DNA from: Candidatus Nitrosotenuis aquarius
GTDB lineage: Archaea > Thermoproteota > Nitrososphaeria > Nitrososphaerales > Nitrosopumilaceae
Assembly: GCF_002787055.1 (NCBI RefSeq)
Contig: NZ_CP024808.1
Location: forward strand, 490,328 to 522,327
Length of the DNA: 32,000 nucleotides
Reading direction: 5' to 3'
Shown here: piece by piece, positions 1 through 9,600 of the stretch
Position numbering within the stretch: the first letter of the stretch is position 1
Layout of the letters: every line of letters starts with the position of its first letter
Program-made: the position numbers and the translations under genes
The notes under the pieces: generated by a model
Database searches by the model: none
What the model saw: only the letters and a program-made list of their open reading frames with translations
Told to the model about the DNA's origin: nothing

Positions 1-274
1 CGTTTTCTAGGCTGCTTCGTCCAACCGTAGAATATCTCACATGGCCAATCGCTGCAGGCGATGCGTATTCTTCTGTTATTTTTTGAAATTCGGATGATGC
101 CGCAGAAACTAGACCCAATCGTTTCACGGGAGTCTTGTTTGGAACTGCTATCCCCCAAGCCTCTTGGCCTCGGTGTTGTAGTGCACGTAATGCATCAATT
201 ACCATAGGTATTACATTAGAGCCATCTCTTGAGAAAATTCCCACTACACCACAATTCTCTTTTACTTTAGGCAT
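1..274 (-). CDS. purF: amidophosphoribosyltransferase, N-terminal 91 codons (gene runs off the left edge)
   Basis: Not in the ORF track because it is partial. Reverse-strand translation from the ATG at 274-272 gives MPKVKENCGVVGIFSRDGSNVIPMVIDALRALQHRGQEAWGIAV...AAIGHVRYSTVGRSS. It carries the Ntn Cys nucleophile (CGVVGI) plus the LQHRGQE and GHVRYST motifs typical of PurF. The ATG overlaps the purL stop (ATGCCTAA). Confidence 0.85.
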   Translation of the reverse strand, partial: MPKVKENCGVVGIFSRDGSNVIPMVIDALRALQHRGQEAWGIAVPNKTPVKRLGLVSAASSEFQKITEEYASPAAIGHVRYSTVGRSSLEN

Positions 275-2432
275 GAAGCACCAGTTCCCTCAGTGAATTA
301 AACCACTTTTCATGTGCCTTATCAACCCTTAGTTTGGCAACTTGATTTTTCTTGTTTGAAAATACGATTTCATTTCCTTGGAACGAACCGATCTGAGAAT
401 GTGTTATGTTTTTCTTTTTGAGTGCGGCAAGCACTGGGGCTAGCTTTGATGGTTCCACTACAAGCAAATATCTAGAGTGACTCTCTGAAAACAAAATCTT
501 GGCAGAGTCTAGCTTTTGTTGTGGCACTTTGTCTAGCGATACGACACATCCAATTTGGCTAGTCATGCACAGTTCCGATACTGCAATTGCCAATCCGCCC
601 TTTGCACAGTCGTGTGCGGCCTTTACTTGCCCAGATTGGACTATTGACAATACCGCCTTCATGTTTTTCTTGGATTCTGAGAGGTCTATTTTTGGCGCTC
701 GTCCGCCAATGAAATCATGAATGTATTCATAGTACTCAGAGCCGCCAAGCTCGTCTTTTGTTGTTCCAACAAGTATCAATGCGTCATTTGGCATGATTTT
801 TTGAGGCTTGAGAGGAGTTTTCTCAATTAATCCCAGCACGCCTATCAGTGGAGTCGGCTTGATTGGACCTTGCGGAGTTTCGTTGTACAAGCTGACCTTG
901 CCGCCAACACATGGAATCTCAAAATGTTTACAAAATTCAGTTATTCCTTTGAGCGATTCTAAAAACGTCCAAAAGATTTCTGGGTTTTCAGGGTTGCCAA
1001 ATTGCAGATGATCAACCATTCCAATTGGCTCGGCTCCTGTACACACTACATTTCTGCATGCCTCTTCAAAACACCCCATTGCACCATGCTTGGGATCCAA
1101 ATAGCAGTGTTTTGGGTTTCCGTCGATTTTGACTGCAAGGTATTTTTCATTGTCCAGTCGAAGTACGGCGGCGTCAGAGCCGGGCTTTACCACGGTTCTA
1201 ATGCCAACCTCGTGATCATATTGTCCATAGACCCAGATTTTACTTGCAATGTTTGGACTTGATAAAAGCGACAGGATTGTTTTTGATATATCCTTTGATG
1301 CAGTAGGTTCTTTTTTGTTTTGGAGTTGCTTTAGATATGCTGGCTCTTTTGACGGCCTGTTCAACAGCGGAGCATTTGCAACTATCTCTGCAGGCATCGA
1401 TGCGAGAACAGATTTTGAGTCCGTTACCTTCATGATCTTATCACCAGTTACCTTGCCGATAACAGAACAGCTGACTCGGAATTTTTTGCAAATCTTTTGT
1501 AGTTTTGGGAGTCTTTTTTTGTCGGTAATTACTAACATTCGCTCCTGTGATTCTGACGTCATGATTTCCACAGGCTTCATGTTTGGCTCACGTGTGTGGA
1601 CTAGGTTCACATCCAGCTCAATTCCTACACCCATCGCATCAGCAGTCTCTGAAATTGCACATGAGAGGCCTCCACCCCCTAAATCCTTGATTGCTTTGAT
1701 CAGGCCCTCATTTCGTGCCTCCAAAGTGGCTTCAATGATTAGTTTTTCAATGAACGGATCTGGGATTTGCACTGCAGAACGGTCTTCTGTTTCAAGCGAA
1801 TCTGATGCAAATTGTGCACCACCGATTCCGTCTCGCCCAGTTGAACCGCCCATCAATACAACCACATCACCTGCATTTGCATGATTTTTGATCAGTCTCT
1901 CTTTTTTCCCAAAGCCAACAGATGCAACATCGACTAACGCATAATTAGAATAACACTTGTCAAATTCGACTTCGCCACCAACTGTTGGGATTCCTAAACA
2001 GTTTCCATAGTCTGCAATTCCCGTAACTGCATTTTTGAACAACCATCTTGCATGCGAGTCTTTTGTTATATCGCCAAATCTCAACCCATCAAGCAATGCA
2101 ATCGGTCTTGTGCCAGCGGACAGGATATCACGAATTACTCCGCCAACACCTGTTGCCGCCCCGCCATAGGGCTCCACGGCTGATGGGTGGTTATGCGATT
2201 CTATGTGTACGGTGACTACATAGCCGTCTCCAACATCTAATACTCCAGAATCATATCCTTTTTCATGGATTACTCGCGCTCCTTTGTTTGGAAGCATCCT
2301 CAGGTGAATCTTTGAAGACTTGTACGAGCAGTGCTCTGACCATTCTGCGGCCACAATGTGTCGTTCAGTGTCGTTTGGTTGCCTGCCAATTTTTTTAGTT
2401 AGATACTCTAGTTCTTCTTTTTGTAAACTCAT
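267..2432 (-). CDS. purL: phosphoribosylformylglycinamidine (FGAM) synthase II
   Basis: 721-aa ORF. The motifs AAEWSEHCSYKSSK, ESHNHPSAVEPYGGAATGVGGVIRD and the duplicated AIR-synthase-like halves are textbook PurL. Its ATG overlaps the purQ stop (ATGA at 2429-2432). Confidence 0.95.
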   Translation of the reverse strand: MSLQKEELEYLTKKIGRQPNDTERHIVAAEWSEHCSYKSSKIHLRMLPNKGARVIHEKGYDSGVLDVGDGYVVTVHIESHNHPSAVEPYGGAATGVGGVIRDILSAGTRPIALLDGLRFGDITKDSHARWLFKNAVTGIADYGNCLGIPTVGGEVEFDKCYSNYALVDVASVGFGKKERLIKNHANAGDVVVLMGGSTGRDGIGGAQFASDSLETEDRSAVQIPDPFIEKLIIEATLEARNEGLIKAIKDLGGGGLSCAISETADAMGVGIELDVNLVHTREPNMKPVEIMTSESQERMLVITDKKRLPKLQKICKKFRVSCSVIGKVTGDKIMKVTDSKSVLASMPAEIVANAPLLNRPSKEPAYLKQLQNKKEPTASKDISKTILSLLSSPNIASKIWVYGQYDHEVGIRTVVKPGSDAAVLRLDNEKYLAVKIDGNPKHCYLDPKHGAMGCFEEACRNVVCTGAEPIGMVDHLQFGNPENPEIFWTFLESLKGITEFCKHFEIPCVGGKVSLYNETPQGPIKPTPLIGVLGLIEKTPLKPQKIMPNDALILVGTTKDELGGSEYYEYIHDFIGGRAPKIDLSESKKNMKAVLSIVQSGQVKAAHDCAKGGLAIAVSELCMTSQIGCVVSLDKVPQQKLDSAKILFSESHSRYLLVVEPSKLAPVLAALKKKNITHSQIGSFQGNEIVFSNKKNQVAKLRVDKAHEKWFNSLRELVLHA

Positions 2433-3109
2433 TTTCTGGCACCAATTGTAGCAATCAAGGATTGGAATATCATGTTCGATGGTGCACAGTCCTTGGGGTT
2501 AATTTCAGGCTCGACTGCACGTTCCGGGTGAGGCATCATGCCTACTACGTTTCCTTCTTTGTTACATATTCCTGCAATATCAAAGACAGAGTCGTTGATG
2601 TTAGAACCATACTGGAATACAATCTGGTTGTTTTTCTTGAGTTTTTCCAGATTTTCTTTATCTATGTAATATCGCCCTTCTCCGTTTGCAATCGGAATTG
2701 GAATTTTCTGTCCTAGCTTGAACTTTGATGTGAACGGCGTCTTGTTGTTTTTGACTATGAGTTCAGTCCACTGGCACATAAAGTTCAGAGACGTATTCTT
2801 TAGTAAAACTCCCGGAAGCAGTTGGGATTCCACTAGAATTTGAAATCCGTTGCATACCCCTAAAACAGGCATGCCTTTTTCTGCCATTTTTTTAACATCA
2901 GATATTATAGGGCTGTGTGCCGCAATGACTCCCGCGCGCAATCTGTCGCCATAAGAAAATCCACCTGGCAGAACAACCGCATCTAGATTCTTTGGTAACT
3001 TGTCTTCATGCCAGTAATATTTCACGTCGAGCTTGAAGACATCCTGTAGTACATGGAACATGTCGCGATCGCAGTTGCTCCCCGGAAATACGATTACGCC
3101 GACCTTCAC
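2429..3109 (-). CDS. purQ: phosphoribosylformylglycinamidine synthase I (glutaminase subunit)
   Basis: Class-I amidotransferase: (M)KVGVIVFPGSNCDRD, LPGGFSYGD, nucleophile elbow GVCNGFQIL and MMPHPER. The longest ORF reaches 3205, but its first 32 codons (MVFWFTSVFSFPVFFNRCCWLWF...) look non-native. I prefer the GTG at 3109, which has a TATA-like TTTAATAAT about 26 nt upstream. Confidence 0.88.
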   Translation of the reverse strand: MKVGVIVFPGSNCDRDMFHVLQDVFKLDVKYYWHEDKLPKNLDAVVLPGGFSYGDRLRAGVIAAHSPIISDVKKMAEKGMPVLGVCNGFQILVESQLLPGVLLKNTSLNFMCQWTELIVKNNKTPFTSKFKLGQKIPIPIANGEGRYYIDKENLEKLKKNNQIVFQYGSNINDSVFDIAGICNKEGNVVGMMPHPERAVEPEINPKDCAPSNMIFQSLIATIGARK

Positions 3110-3240
3110 AATTCCATTGTATGTTGCGCGATTATTAAACCAAAGCCAGCAACATCTGTTAAAAAAGACAGGAAATGAAAAAACAGATGTAAACCAAAAC
3201 ACCACAAATGTTTTTTATCTAGAATTTTTTCAACGGAATT
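3110..3240. promoter_or_regulatory. divergent promoter region between purQ and the CBS gene
   Basis: There are two AT-rich TATA-like boxes. attattaaa at 3131-3139 reads TTTAATAAT on the minus strand, about 26 nt from the purQ GTG. ttttttatct at 3211-3220 lies about 25 nt from the CBS ATG at 3241. This spacing fits archaeal leaderless or short-leader promoters. Confidence 0.5.
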
Positions 3241-3657
3241 ATGGCCTACATACGCGATATTATGAACAAGCATGTAGTCACAATATCCAAAGAAAAGTCT
3301 GCTCTAGAGGCAGCAAAACTATTGCTGGAAAAGGATATTTCGTTTTTGGTAGTCACAGAAGGTCAAAACCCAATAGGGATTCTATCAGAAGCTGACTATG
3401 TCAAAAAGGTAGTTGCTTTGGACAAGCGTGCGTCCGAGGTAACAGTGTCGGAGATAATGTCTCCCAAATTCCGCTGGGTAGAGCCAACGACTACAATTGA
3501 GGATGCAGTACAAAAGATGCTAAACAACAAAATTCGAAGACTCGTCGTGCTGGAAGGACAAAAACTGGCAGGTGTCATAACTCAGACTGACTTGGCAGCT
3601 CACCTACGAAGCAAGCTGCTCATCGAGGAAACCGTAAAATCTATTAAAACAGACTAG
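3241..3657 (+). CDS. CBS-domain pair protein
   Basis: 138 aa with two CBS repeats (IMNKHVVTISKEKSALEAAKLLLEKDISFLVVTE...GILSEADY and IMSPKFRWVEPTTTIEDAVQKMLNNKIRRLVVLEGQKLAGVITQTDL). It is stand-alone with no fused enzymatic domain. Confidence 0.9.
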   Translation: MAYIRDIMNKHVVTISKEKSALEAAKLLLEKDISFLVVTEGQNPIGILSEADYVKKVVALDKRASEVTVSEIMSPKFRWVEPTTTIEDAVQKMLNNKIRRLVVLEGQKLAGVITQTDLAAHLRSKLLIEETVKSIKTD

Positions 3658-3914
3658 ATGGGTTTTGCGGAAAAGGTAACCCTGCTCACCATTGGATTGT
3701 AGATTCTCAGATCATCGCATATTTTTTTGACTGATTTTTCTGCCGATTCTTTTTTTGGCGAGGTGATTTGGAATTTGAGCATTTTGGCAGAGCGGATCTT
3801 TTTGATTGCGCCAGAGCCGCCCTTTAGGACCAGATCATTTAGAATGGTGTCCCCTTCTGGGTCGTTCATTCCAGGTTTGTTTTCTATTATCACCTGAACT
3901 TCAAAGAGAGGCAA
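3654..3914 (-). CDS. purS: phosphoribosylformylglycinamidine synthase subunit PurS
   Basis: The core FEVQVIIENKPGMNDPEGDTILNDLVLKGGSGAIKKIRSAKMLKFQI...RIYNPMVSRVTF matches the PurS pattern of about 85 aa. The longest ORF reaches 4010, but its extra 32 residues are unlike PurS. A TTG at 3914 gives 86 aa and has TTATATTAC about 26 nt upstream. Confidence 0.82.
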   Translation of the reverse strand: MPLFEVQVIIENKPGMNDPEGDTILNDLVLKGGSGAIKKIRSAKMLKFQITSPKKESAEKSVKKICDDLRIYNPMVSRVTFSAKPI

Positions 3915-4037
3915 CGCTTGTGCTGTGATTTTGCTGTAATATAATGAATGTGTATCAGTATTGATTTTATAGTACGTCACCAGACAAAAAGCAAATTGAC
4001 TACGCGCCATCGATACTGGAAGATTACATCCGATGAA

Positions 4038-4466
4038 ATGGAAAAGGCCGATTTTGATCCAGCCAAAGTCCTAAACTGGGAAATAAAAGGAATCAAAGAG
4101 CCTGAAGACGAAGCAATATTCATCGGAGTGTTCTTGTACAAACATGGAACACCGCGAGACTATGATTCGATTAAAGGAATCACGATGTATCACAACAATG
4201 TCAAAAAGGACATAGTAAATGAGGTGGTAAAATTCCTCAAAGACAAGTTCGGTGGCGAGCAGGCAGAAAAAGGCGAGCGGATCTTTTTGACGGGCTCTAA
4301 AGAAATCTATACTCCAAAGGAAATAGGCAGTCTGGCAAAACAGCTAGAGTCAAAATTCGCCCTAAGGGCGATAATATCCATCGAGTTTGCAGACATTTCT
4401 GAGGAAGAGAGAAAAAAGTCTGGTCTTGCAGACGCAAAACTGTTGCCAATACCTGGCAAGCACTAG
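4038..4466 (+). CDS. hypothetical protein (142 aa from the MEKADFDPAKV start)
   Basis: The ORF track gives 3948..4466. The first ATG with a sensible N-terminus that does not overlap purS is at 4038. The product is charged and soluble, and I recognise no motif. Confidence 0.6.
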   Translation: MEKADFDPAKVLNWEIKGIKEPEDEAIFIGVFLYKHGTPRDYDSIKGITMYHNNVKKDIVNEVVKFLKDKFGGEQAEKGERIFLTGSKEIYTPKEIGSLAKQLESKFALRAIISIEFADISEEERKKSGLADAKLLPIPGKH

Positions 4467-4502
4467 AAACCTAAATAGCGTTTTAATTGGTAATGTATCA
4501 TA

Positions 4503-5306
4503 ATGTCAGAGCTGCAAGGAATCTATGCGCATTTGGCCGAGCTAAAGACTCGACTGATTCGAATTGTAATATCTGTTGGCGCAATCATTGGGTTTTTGCT
4601 GTCATTTAGGGCAGAGCCGTTTTGGTACAATGGCATCAAGATGTACTATCCACTTCCAGACCCGCTGCACAACTTGGCGGCCCAAATTACAAACCACATG
4701 AGAATGAATCTAATCCCGGAGGGAGTACAGCTAATCCAGACAGCACCAGGTCAGGCATTTTACGCCCAAGTCTATGTTGCCGCCCTAGTTGGTGTGGTGT
4801 TGTCAATGCCAATAATAGTCAGAGAGTTGACAAAATTTATCGCCCCTGCGTTTTCTGACAAGGAAATACATTCGGTGCAAAGAGTAGCAATTCCTGCCAT
4901 ATTATTATTCATTGCCGGTGCCGTGTTTTCGTATTTTACTGCCATCCCGTTTATTTTGGACTTTTTGTACCAGTACGGCGAGTCTGTTGGCGCAGTCACC
5001 TTTTTGAGCATAATGGAGTTTGTGACGTTTGTCTTGCAGTTCCTATTGGCGTTTGGAGTTGCGTTTCAACTACCGCTGATCATGTACGCCGCAACAGCAT
5101 CTGGTATTACTGACGCCAAATTTTGGCGCAACAATATCCGATATGCCATTGTAGCCCTGATAATAATTGGCGCGATTGTAACTCCTGACGGAAGTGGAAT
5201 CACCATGTGGTTCATCTCCGGTCCCATGATTGGGCTGTATCTGGCAGGCATGGTAATAATTGAGCGCCGTGAGCGCAAAATTAAAAGAGTTAAATCAGAG
5301 AACTGA
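4503..5306 (+). CDS. tatC: twin-arginine translocase subunit TatC
   Basis: 267 aa with 6 predicted TM helices and the N-terminal HLAELKTRLIRIV signature of TatC. tatA follows 14 nt downstream. Confidence 0.92.
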   Translation: MSELQGIYAHLAELKTRLIRIVISVGAIIGFLLSFRAEPFWYNGIKMYYPLPDPLHNLAAQITNHMRMNLIPEGVQLIQTAPGQAFYAQVYVAALVGVVLSMPIIVRELTKFIAPAFSDKEIHSVQRVAIPAILLFIAGAVFSYFTAIPFILDFLYQYGESVGAVTFLSIMEFVTFVLQFLLAFGVAFQLPLIMYAATASGITDAKFWRNNIRYAIVALIIIGAIVTPDGSGITMWFISGPMIGLYLAGMVIIERRERKIKRVKSEN

Positions 5307-5320
5307 GCACTTAGAATCAA

Positions 5321-5515
5321 ATGCTACAAGTAATAACTGGCTTTATTGCAGGCCAAGAATGGATATTTATCGCAATTGCCGCAGGCATCATACTGTTTGG
5401 CGCAAAAAAGATTCCAGAGCTTGCAAGAACACTCGGTAAATCCAGAATGGAATATGAAAAAGGCAAATTTGAGGCAGAAAAAGAACTCAAAGACCTAAAA
5501 GACAAAAAAGACTAG
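5321..5515 (+). CDS. tatA: twin-arginine translocase subunit TatA/E
   Basis: 64 aa: one N-terminal TM helix, then ILFGAKKIPELARTLGKSRMEYEKG (the TatA hinge and amphipathic-helix motif) and a charged tail. Confidence 0.85.
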   Translation: MLQVITGFIAGQEWIFIAIAAGIILFGAKKIPELARTLGKSRMEYEKGKFEAEKELKDLKDKKD

Positions 5516-5976
5516 GATTCTGCTATTTTACAAAACTCGTCCATTACTTTGTTAAATTCCGGTACAATCTGGGATTTGCCAAAAATGCTCGCCAGCTTCA
5601 TCATGCCATTTAGCTTGATATCAGCAGTAATTGTCAGCTTGGTCCCATGGTCTGTTTTTTCATAGATTTCTGAAATGTGTGTGCCCTTTATGTCGCCGCC
5701 CAAAACAAAGATGTCATGCGATTCAGGGTATTTGCTGACATGTTTTGTTGTCATGACTAGCTCTTTGTCACCCAATCTCATGTGCTCTTCCACTATGGCA
5801 ATGTTTTCGCGAACTGATCTGACTCTAATCGATGGAAAATACTTTGGCAGGATATTTTGAAAACTCTCATAGTTTGCTATAATATCAAAGACGTGTTGCC
5901 GCTCGGCCTTGATGTTTTTTATAATTGTGACTTTCGGCAGTTTAGGTTCCCCATCTCTTGTATAGATCATGATCAA
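5512..5976 (-). CDS. SRPBCC (START/polyketide-cyclase-like) family protein
   Basis: 154 aa. The pattern of alternating beta strands with a long C-terminal helix (IKAERQHVFDIIANYESFQNILPKYF ... VPEFNKVMDEFCKIAES) is typical of Polyketide_cyc2-like proteins. The 5' end overlaps the ubiX 3' end by about 30 nt. Confidence 0.65.
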   Translation of the reverse strand: MIMIYTRDGEPKLPKVTIIKNIKAERQHVFDIIANYESFQNILPKYFPSIRVRSVRENIAIVEEHMRLGDKELVMTTKHVSKYPESHDIFVLGGDIKGTHISEIYEKTDHGTKLTITADIKLNGMMKLASIFGKSQIVPEFNKVMDEFCKIAES

Positions 5977-6496
5977 TGTTGAACTGGTCTAGGCATTTGC
6001 CAACAGCGTGATCAATGATTTGCTCAATGGATTTGGGTTTTGTGTAAAATCCCGGAACTGGCGGCAAAATGACAACGCCCAGCCTTGCCAGTTTCAACAT
6101 GTTTTCCAGGTTTATTGCGGTAAGCGGTGTCTCTCGTGTCACCAAGACCAGCTTGCGCGATTCCTTTAGTGTGACGCCGGCAGCTCTTGCCACCAGGGTT
6201 TCATCGTAACCATTTGCTATGCTGGACAGAGTCTTCATGGAACATGGAATCACAATCATTCCGTCGTGTCTGTATGTGCCTGATGATATGCCTGATGCCA
6301 AATTGGAGTCATCCGAATATTCTGTGGCCAATGATTTTAGTTGGTCCAGTTTGTAGTCGGTTTCCATTGCGAGGCATTTTTTTGCCCATTCCGTTATTAC
6401 CAGATGAGTTTGGATGTTGCATTGTTTTAGCACTTCTAAAATTCGGACACCGTAAATTATGCCTGTGCTACCAGTCATACCAATTATTAGCTTCAT
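5942..6496 (-). CDS. ubiX: flavin prenyltransferase UbiX
   Basis: 184 aa with MKLIIGMTGSTGIIYGVRILEVL, IPCSMKTLSSIANGY and LVTRETPL..NLENMLKLARLGVVILPPVPGFY, which are canonical UbiX/Pad1 flavoprotein motifs. Confidence 0.93.
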   Translation of the reverse strand: MKLIIGMTGSTGIIYGVRILEVLKQCNIQTHLVITEWAKKCLAMETDYKLDQLKSLATEYSDDSNLASGISSGTYRHDGMIVIPCSMKTLSSIANGYDETLVARAAGVTLKESRKLVLVTRETPLTAINLENMLKLARLGVVILPPVPGFYTKPKSIEQIIDHAVGKCLDQFNIDHDLYKRWGT

Positions 6497-6508
6497 GATA
6501 TGCCTGAT

Positions 6509-6624
6509 GTGTTTTGATTATTTTAAGCTGTGATCGGTTTGTTGTGCATTATAACTAGACAACTTGTGGTTTTGATAATACCACAACTATGCAGAACTAG
6601 GCAGTTTTGTGCGTGTTTTGATTA
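6509..6624. promoter_or_regulatory. ubiX upstream region and giant-gene 3' region, with a repeated GTGTTTTGATTA motif and a hairpin
   Basis: gtgttttgatta occurs exactly at 6509-6520 and 6613-6624, and a variant gtggttttgataa occurs at 6566-6578. A perfect 7-bp hairpin TTGTGGT(6564-6570)/ACCACAA(6580-6586) overlaps the variant copy. TTAAAATAA lies about 30 nt upstream of the ubiX ATG on the minus strand. Confidence 0.35.
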
Positions 6625-6659
6625 GGTTGTAATTTAACACTGGTGTTATCGTGGTTAGA

Positions 6660-9600
6660 CTAGCTTTCCGGTTCTTCGTTTTCGCCTTCATAATCATCGT
6701 GGCGATGCTCTTCTGAATCATCCGAGCCACCACGGGTCACTTCACAGTTGACAATACTATTGGTCCCAGGCCCTCCAAGACATCTGTCGTTGTCAGTTAC
6801 AGGGTTTGGTGTTTCTCCGCCATCCATGGTGTCGTTGCCAGGGCCACCATGTATTTGATCATCGTGTCCTTGGCCGTTTAGTGTGTCATTTCCGTCCCTG
6901 CCAAATAGTTTGTCATTGCCATCTCCTGCATTGATGACATCATTGCCTTTTCCTGCTCCCAACCAATCATTTCCGGGTCCGCCAGATATTGTGTCATCGC
7001 CTTGATTTGCATGCACTTCATCGTTTCCATCGCCTGCATCTATAGCATCATTGCCCTTACCGCCAAAAATCTTGTCATTTTGGTCGCCGCCGTCTAGAGA
7101 GTCGTTTCCGTCACCGCCTTGTATCTTGTCATAACCGATTTCACCATATAGATCATCATCGTCTTTTCCACCCCAGAGCCTGTCGTTGCCGTCGCCACCG
7201 TAGATTATGTCGTCTCCCTTGTCTCCATACAGCTTGTCTGCTCCCGCATCACCATACATGGTGTCGTTGCCATCACCACCCCAGATCTTGTCCGCTCCAT
7301 CGCCTCCGATTAAACAGTCGTTGCCGTTCTTGCCCTTGATTTTATCATCGCCGCCATATCCTCGGATCAGGTCTGCTCCATTAGTACCAGAGAGATTGTC
7401 GTTGCCTGAGGAGCCATCAATTATGTTGTATGATGATTCTGGCAGGCCGCAGAAGAGTGTGGCCGACTCAGTCACGGTTATTGTTATTGTTGCAGAGTCG
7501 GCATCCACACCATCAGTTATGGTATACAAGAACGAGTCAGTGCCAAAGAATCCAGGACTTGGCAAATACGTAATAGTGTTGTCTGAATTGACAGATGCGG
7601 TTCCGCTAGTCGGTGATGCAACTGACAATATCGATAATACTCCTTCTATGTCGGAGTCATTATCCAGAACCGGAATGGTAACTGGCGTGTTATGTTGGGT
7701 TGTCGCAGTATCGTCTGCTGCTACTGGCAGATCATTTATCGAGTTGATTGTGATTGTGACGGTTGTGGTGTTACTGGTGTCTTCACCGTCTGATGCTCTA
7801 TATGTAAAAGAGTCAGAACCGAAGTAGTTTGGATTTGGGGTGTAGGTGAACGAGCCGTCAGTGGATAATGCCAGAGTGCCGTGTAATGTATTATCAACTA
7901 AAATGGCAGTAAGAGTTGTTGTTTCCACATCTAAATCATTTCCTAATACTCCTGGAATTGCAACAACTAGTGCTTGGTCTTCGTCAGTGCTGTAGGCATC
8001 AGGCATTGCTGTTGGGACATCGTTTACCGACAATATAGTAACGGATACTGTGGCAGTTGCTGGTGCGCCCTCAGAATCTACTATAGTATAAGTGAATGAA
8101 TCTGATCCGAAATAATCTAAATCTGGGGTGTATGTGATGGAATCAGGACTAGACAGCATTGCTGTTCCGTGTGACGGTGTGTCAACGGATGATATGGTCA
8201 TTGATCCTTCTTCATCAGTGTCATTGACTAGCACGTTGATTGTTTCTGCAGTGTCCTCATTTGTAATTAAAGCGTCATCGCCTGCGGTTGGCAAGTCATT
8301 AACTGGGGTTACTATTACAGATACAGTTGCAGTGACAAATCCTCCATTTCCATCAGATATTGTATATGCAAATTGATCTGATCCGAAATAATCTAAATCT
8401 GGGGCATAGCTTATTGTTGTGCCGTCAGTTGATGCAATGCCATTTGCCGGATCTGTTACTGAGACTATTGTTAGATTATCACCGTCAATGTCTGCATCAT
8501 TGGTCAAGACAACAATTGGTGTCGGTGATGAATCTTCCAATACGGTTGTAGAGTCATCTCCTGCGGTTGGATCATCATTGAGTGGGTTTACTGTTATTGA
8601 TACGGTTGCAATATTGGAGTTTAGCGAGCCATCGTTTGCTTGGTATGTGAAAGAGTCAGAACCGAAGTAGTTTGGATTTGGGGCGTAGGTGAACGAGCCG
8701 TCAGGGTTTAATGTTAGTATGCCATGTGATGGGGTCATTACTAGTGTAGCAGTAAGTACTGGCGAGTCGACATCAGAGTCGTTGGCTAGAACTCCTGGTA
8801 CAACTAGTATGCCGTCTTCGTCTATTGAGTAGATGTCGTTTGTGGCAATCGGGGCGTCGTTTTCTGCACCGACAAACACAGTTACGGTTGCGCCAGATTG
8901 TGCTCCCGCCGAGTCCTGCATTACATATGTGAACGTATCAGTGCCTGCAAAGTTTGGTGCCGGAGAATACAACACAGAGTTGCCAGAGATTGCCACTCCG
9001 CCTGTTGCGCCTTGTGTGACAGAGACCAGTGTCTTGACATCTAATAGATCAACGTCTACATCATTTGCTAATACGTCAATTGCTACTGGTAGGGAATCTT
9101 CCATTATAGATGCAGTATCAGCATTTGCTATTGGTGAATCGTTGACTGGGTTTACTGTTATTGATACGGTTGCAACGCTCGAGTCTGCGGTTCCGTCGTT
9201 TGCAACAAAGGTAAAGGAATCAGGACCGAAGTAGTTTGGATTTGGGGTGTATGATGTAATAGATGATGTAGGAGTTATTGTGGTTATTGGTCCAAGTGTG
9301 CCATGTGTTGGGCCTGCCACCACACTAAATGTCAGAGAATCGCCGTCAAGATCAGAGCCAGTGAGCGTTATTGTTACTGCGGTGTCTTCAGACGTGGCCA
9401 TATCATCAGAGTTTGCTGATGGGATGTCATTGACGGGGGTTACTGTTATGGTTACTGTTACGATATCTGATTCTGAGAAATCATCATATGCCCGGTATGT
9501 GAAAGTGTCAACTCCATCAAAGTTTGGATCTGGTGTGTATGCAAAGTTACCTGTTGTCTCTAGCAATAGCGTACCGTTAGATACATCATCTACTAGTAAG

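Noticed and set aside
1249-1884. 211-aa plus-strand ORF, along with the other plus-strand ORFs at 499-1262
   Set aside because: These ORFs are entirely antisense to purL, whose product has unambiguous family motifs. Their translations are low-complexity and Ser/Phe/Cys-rich with no motif. This is a typical shadow ORF.
6660-7415. RTX C-terminus as evidence for a type I secretion system
   Set aside because: This is an archaeal-type genome with no outer membrane. The protein has an N-terminal signal peptide, and no ABC, MFP or TolC-like genes flank it. The RTX block is better read as a Ca2+-binding beta-roll domain only.
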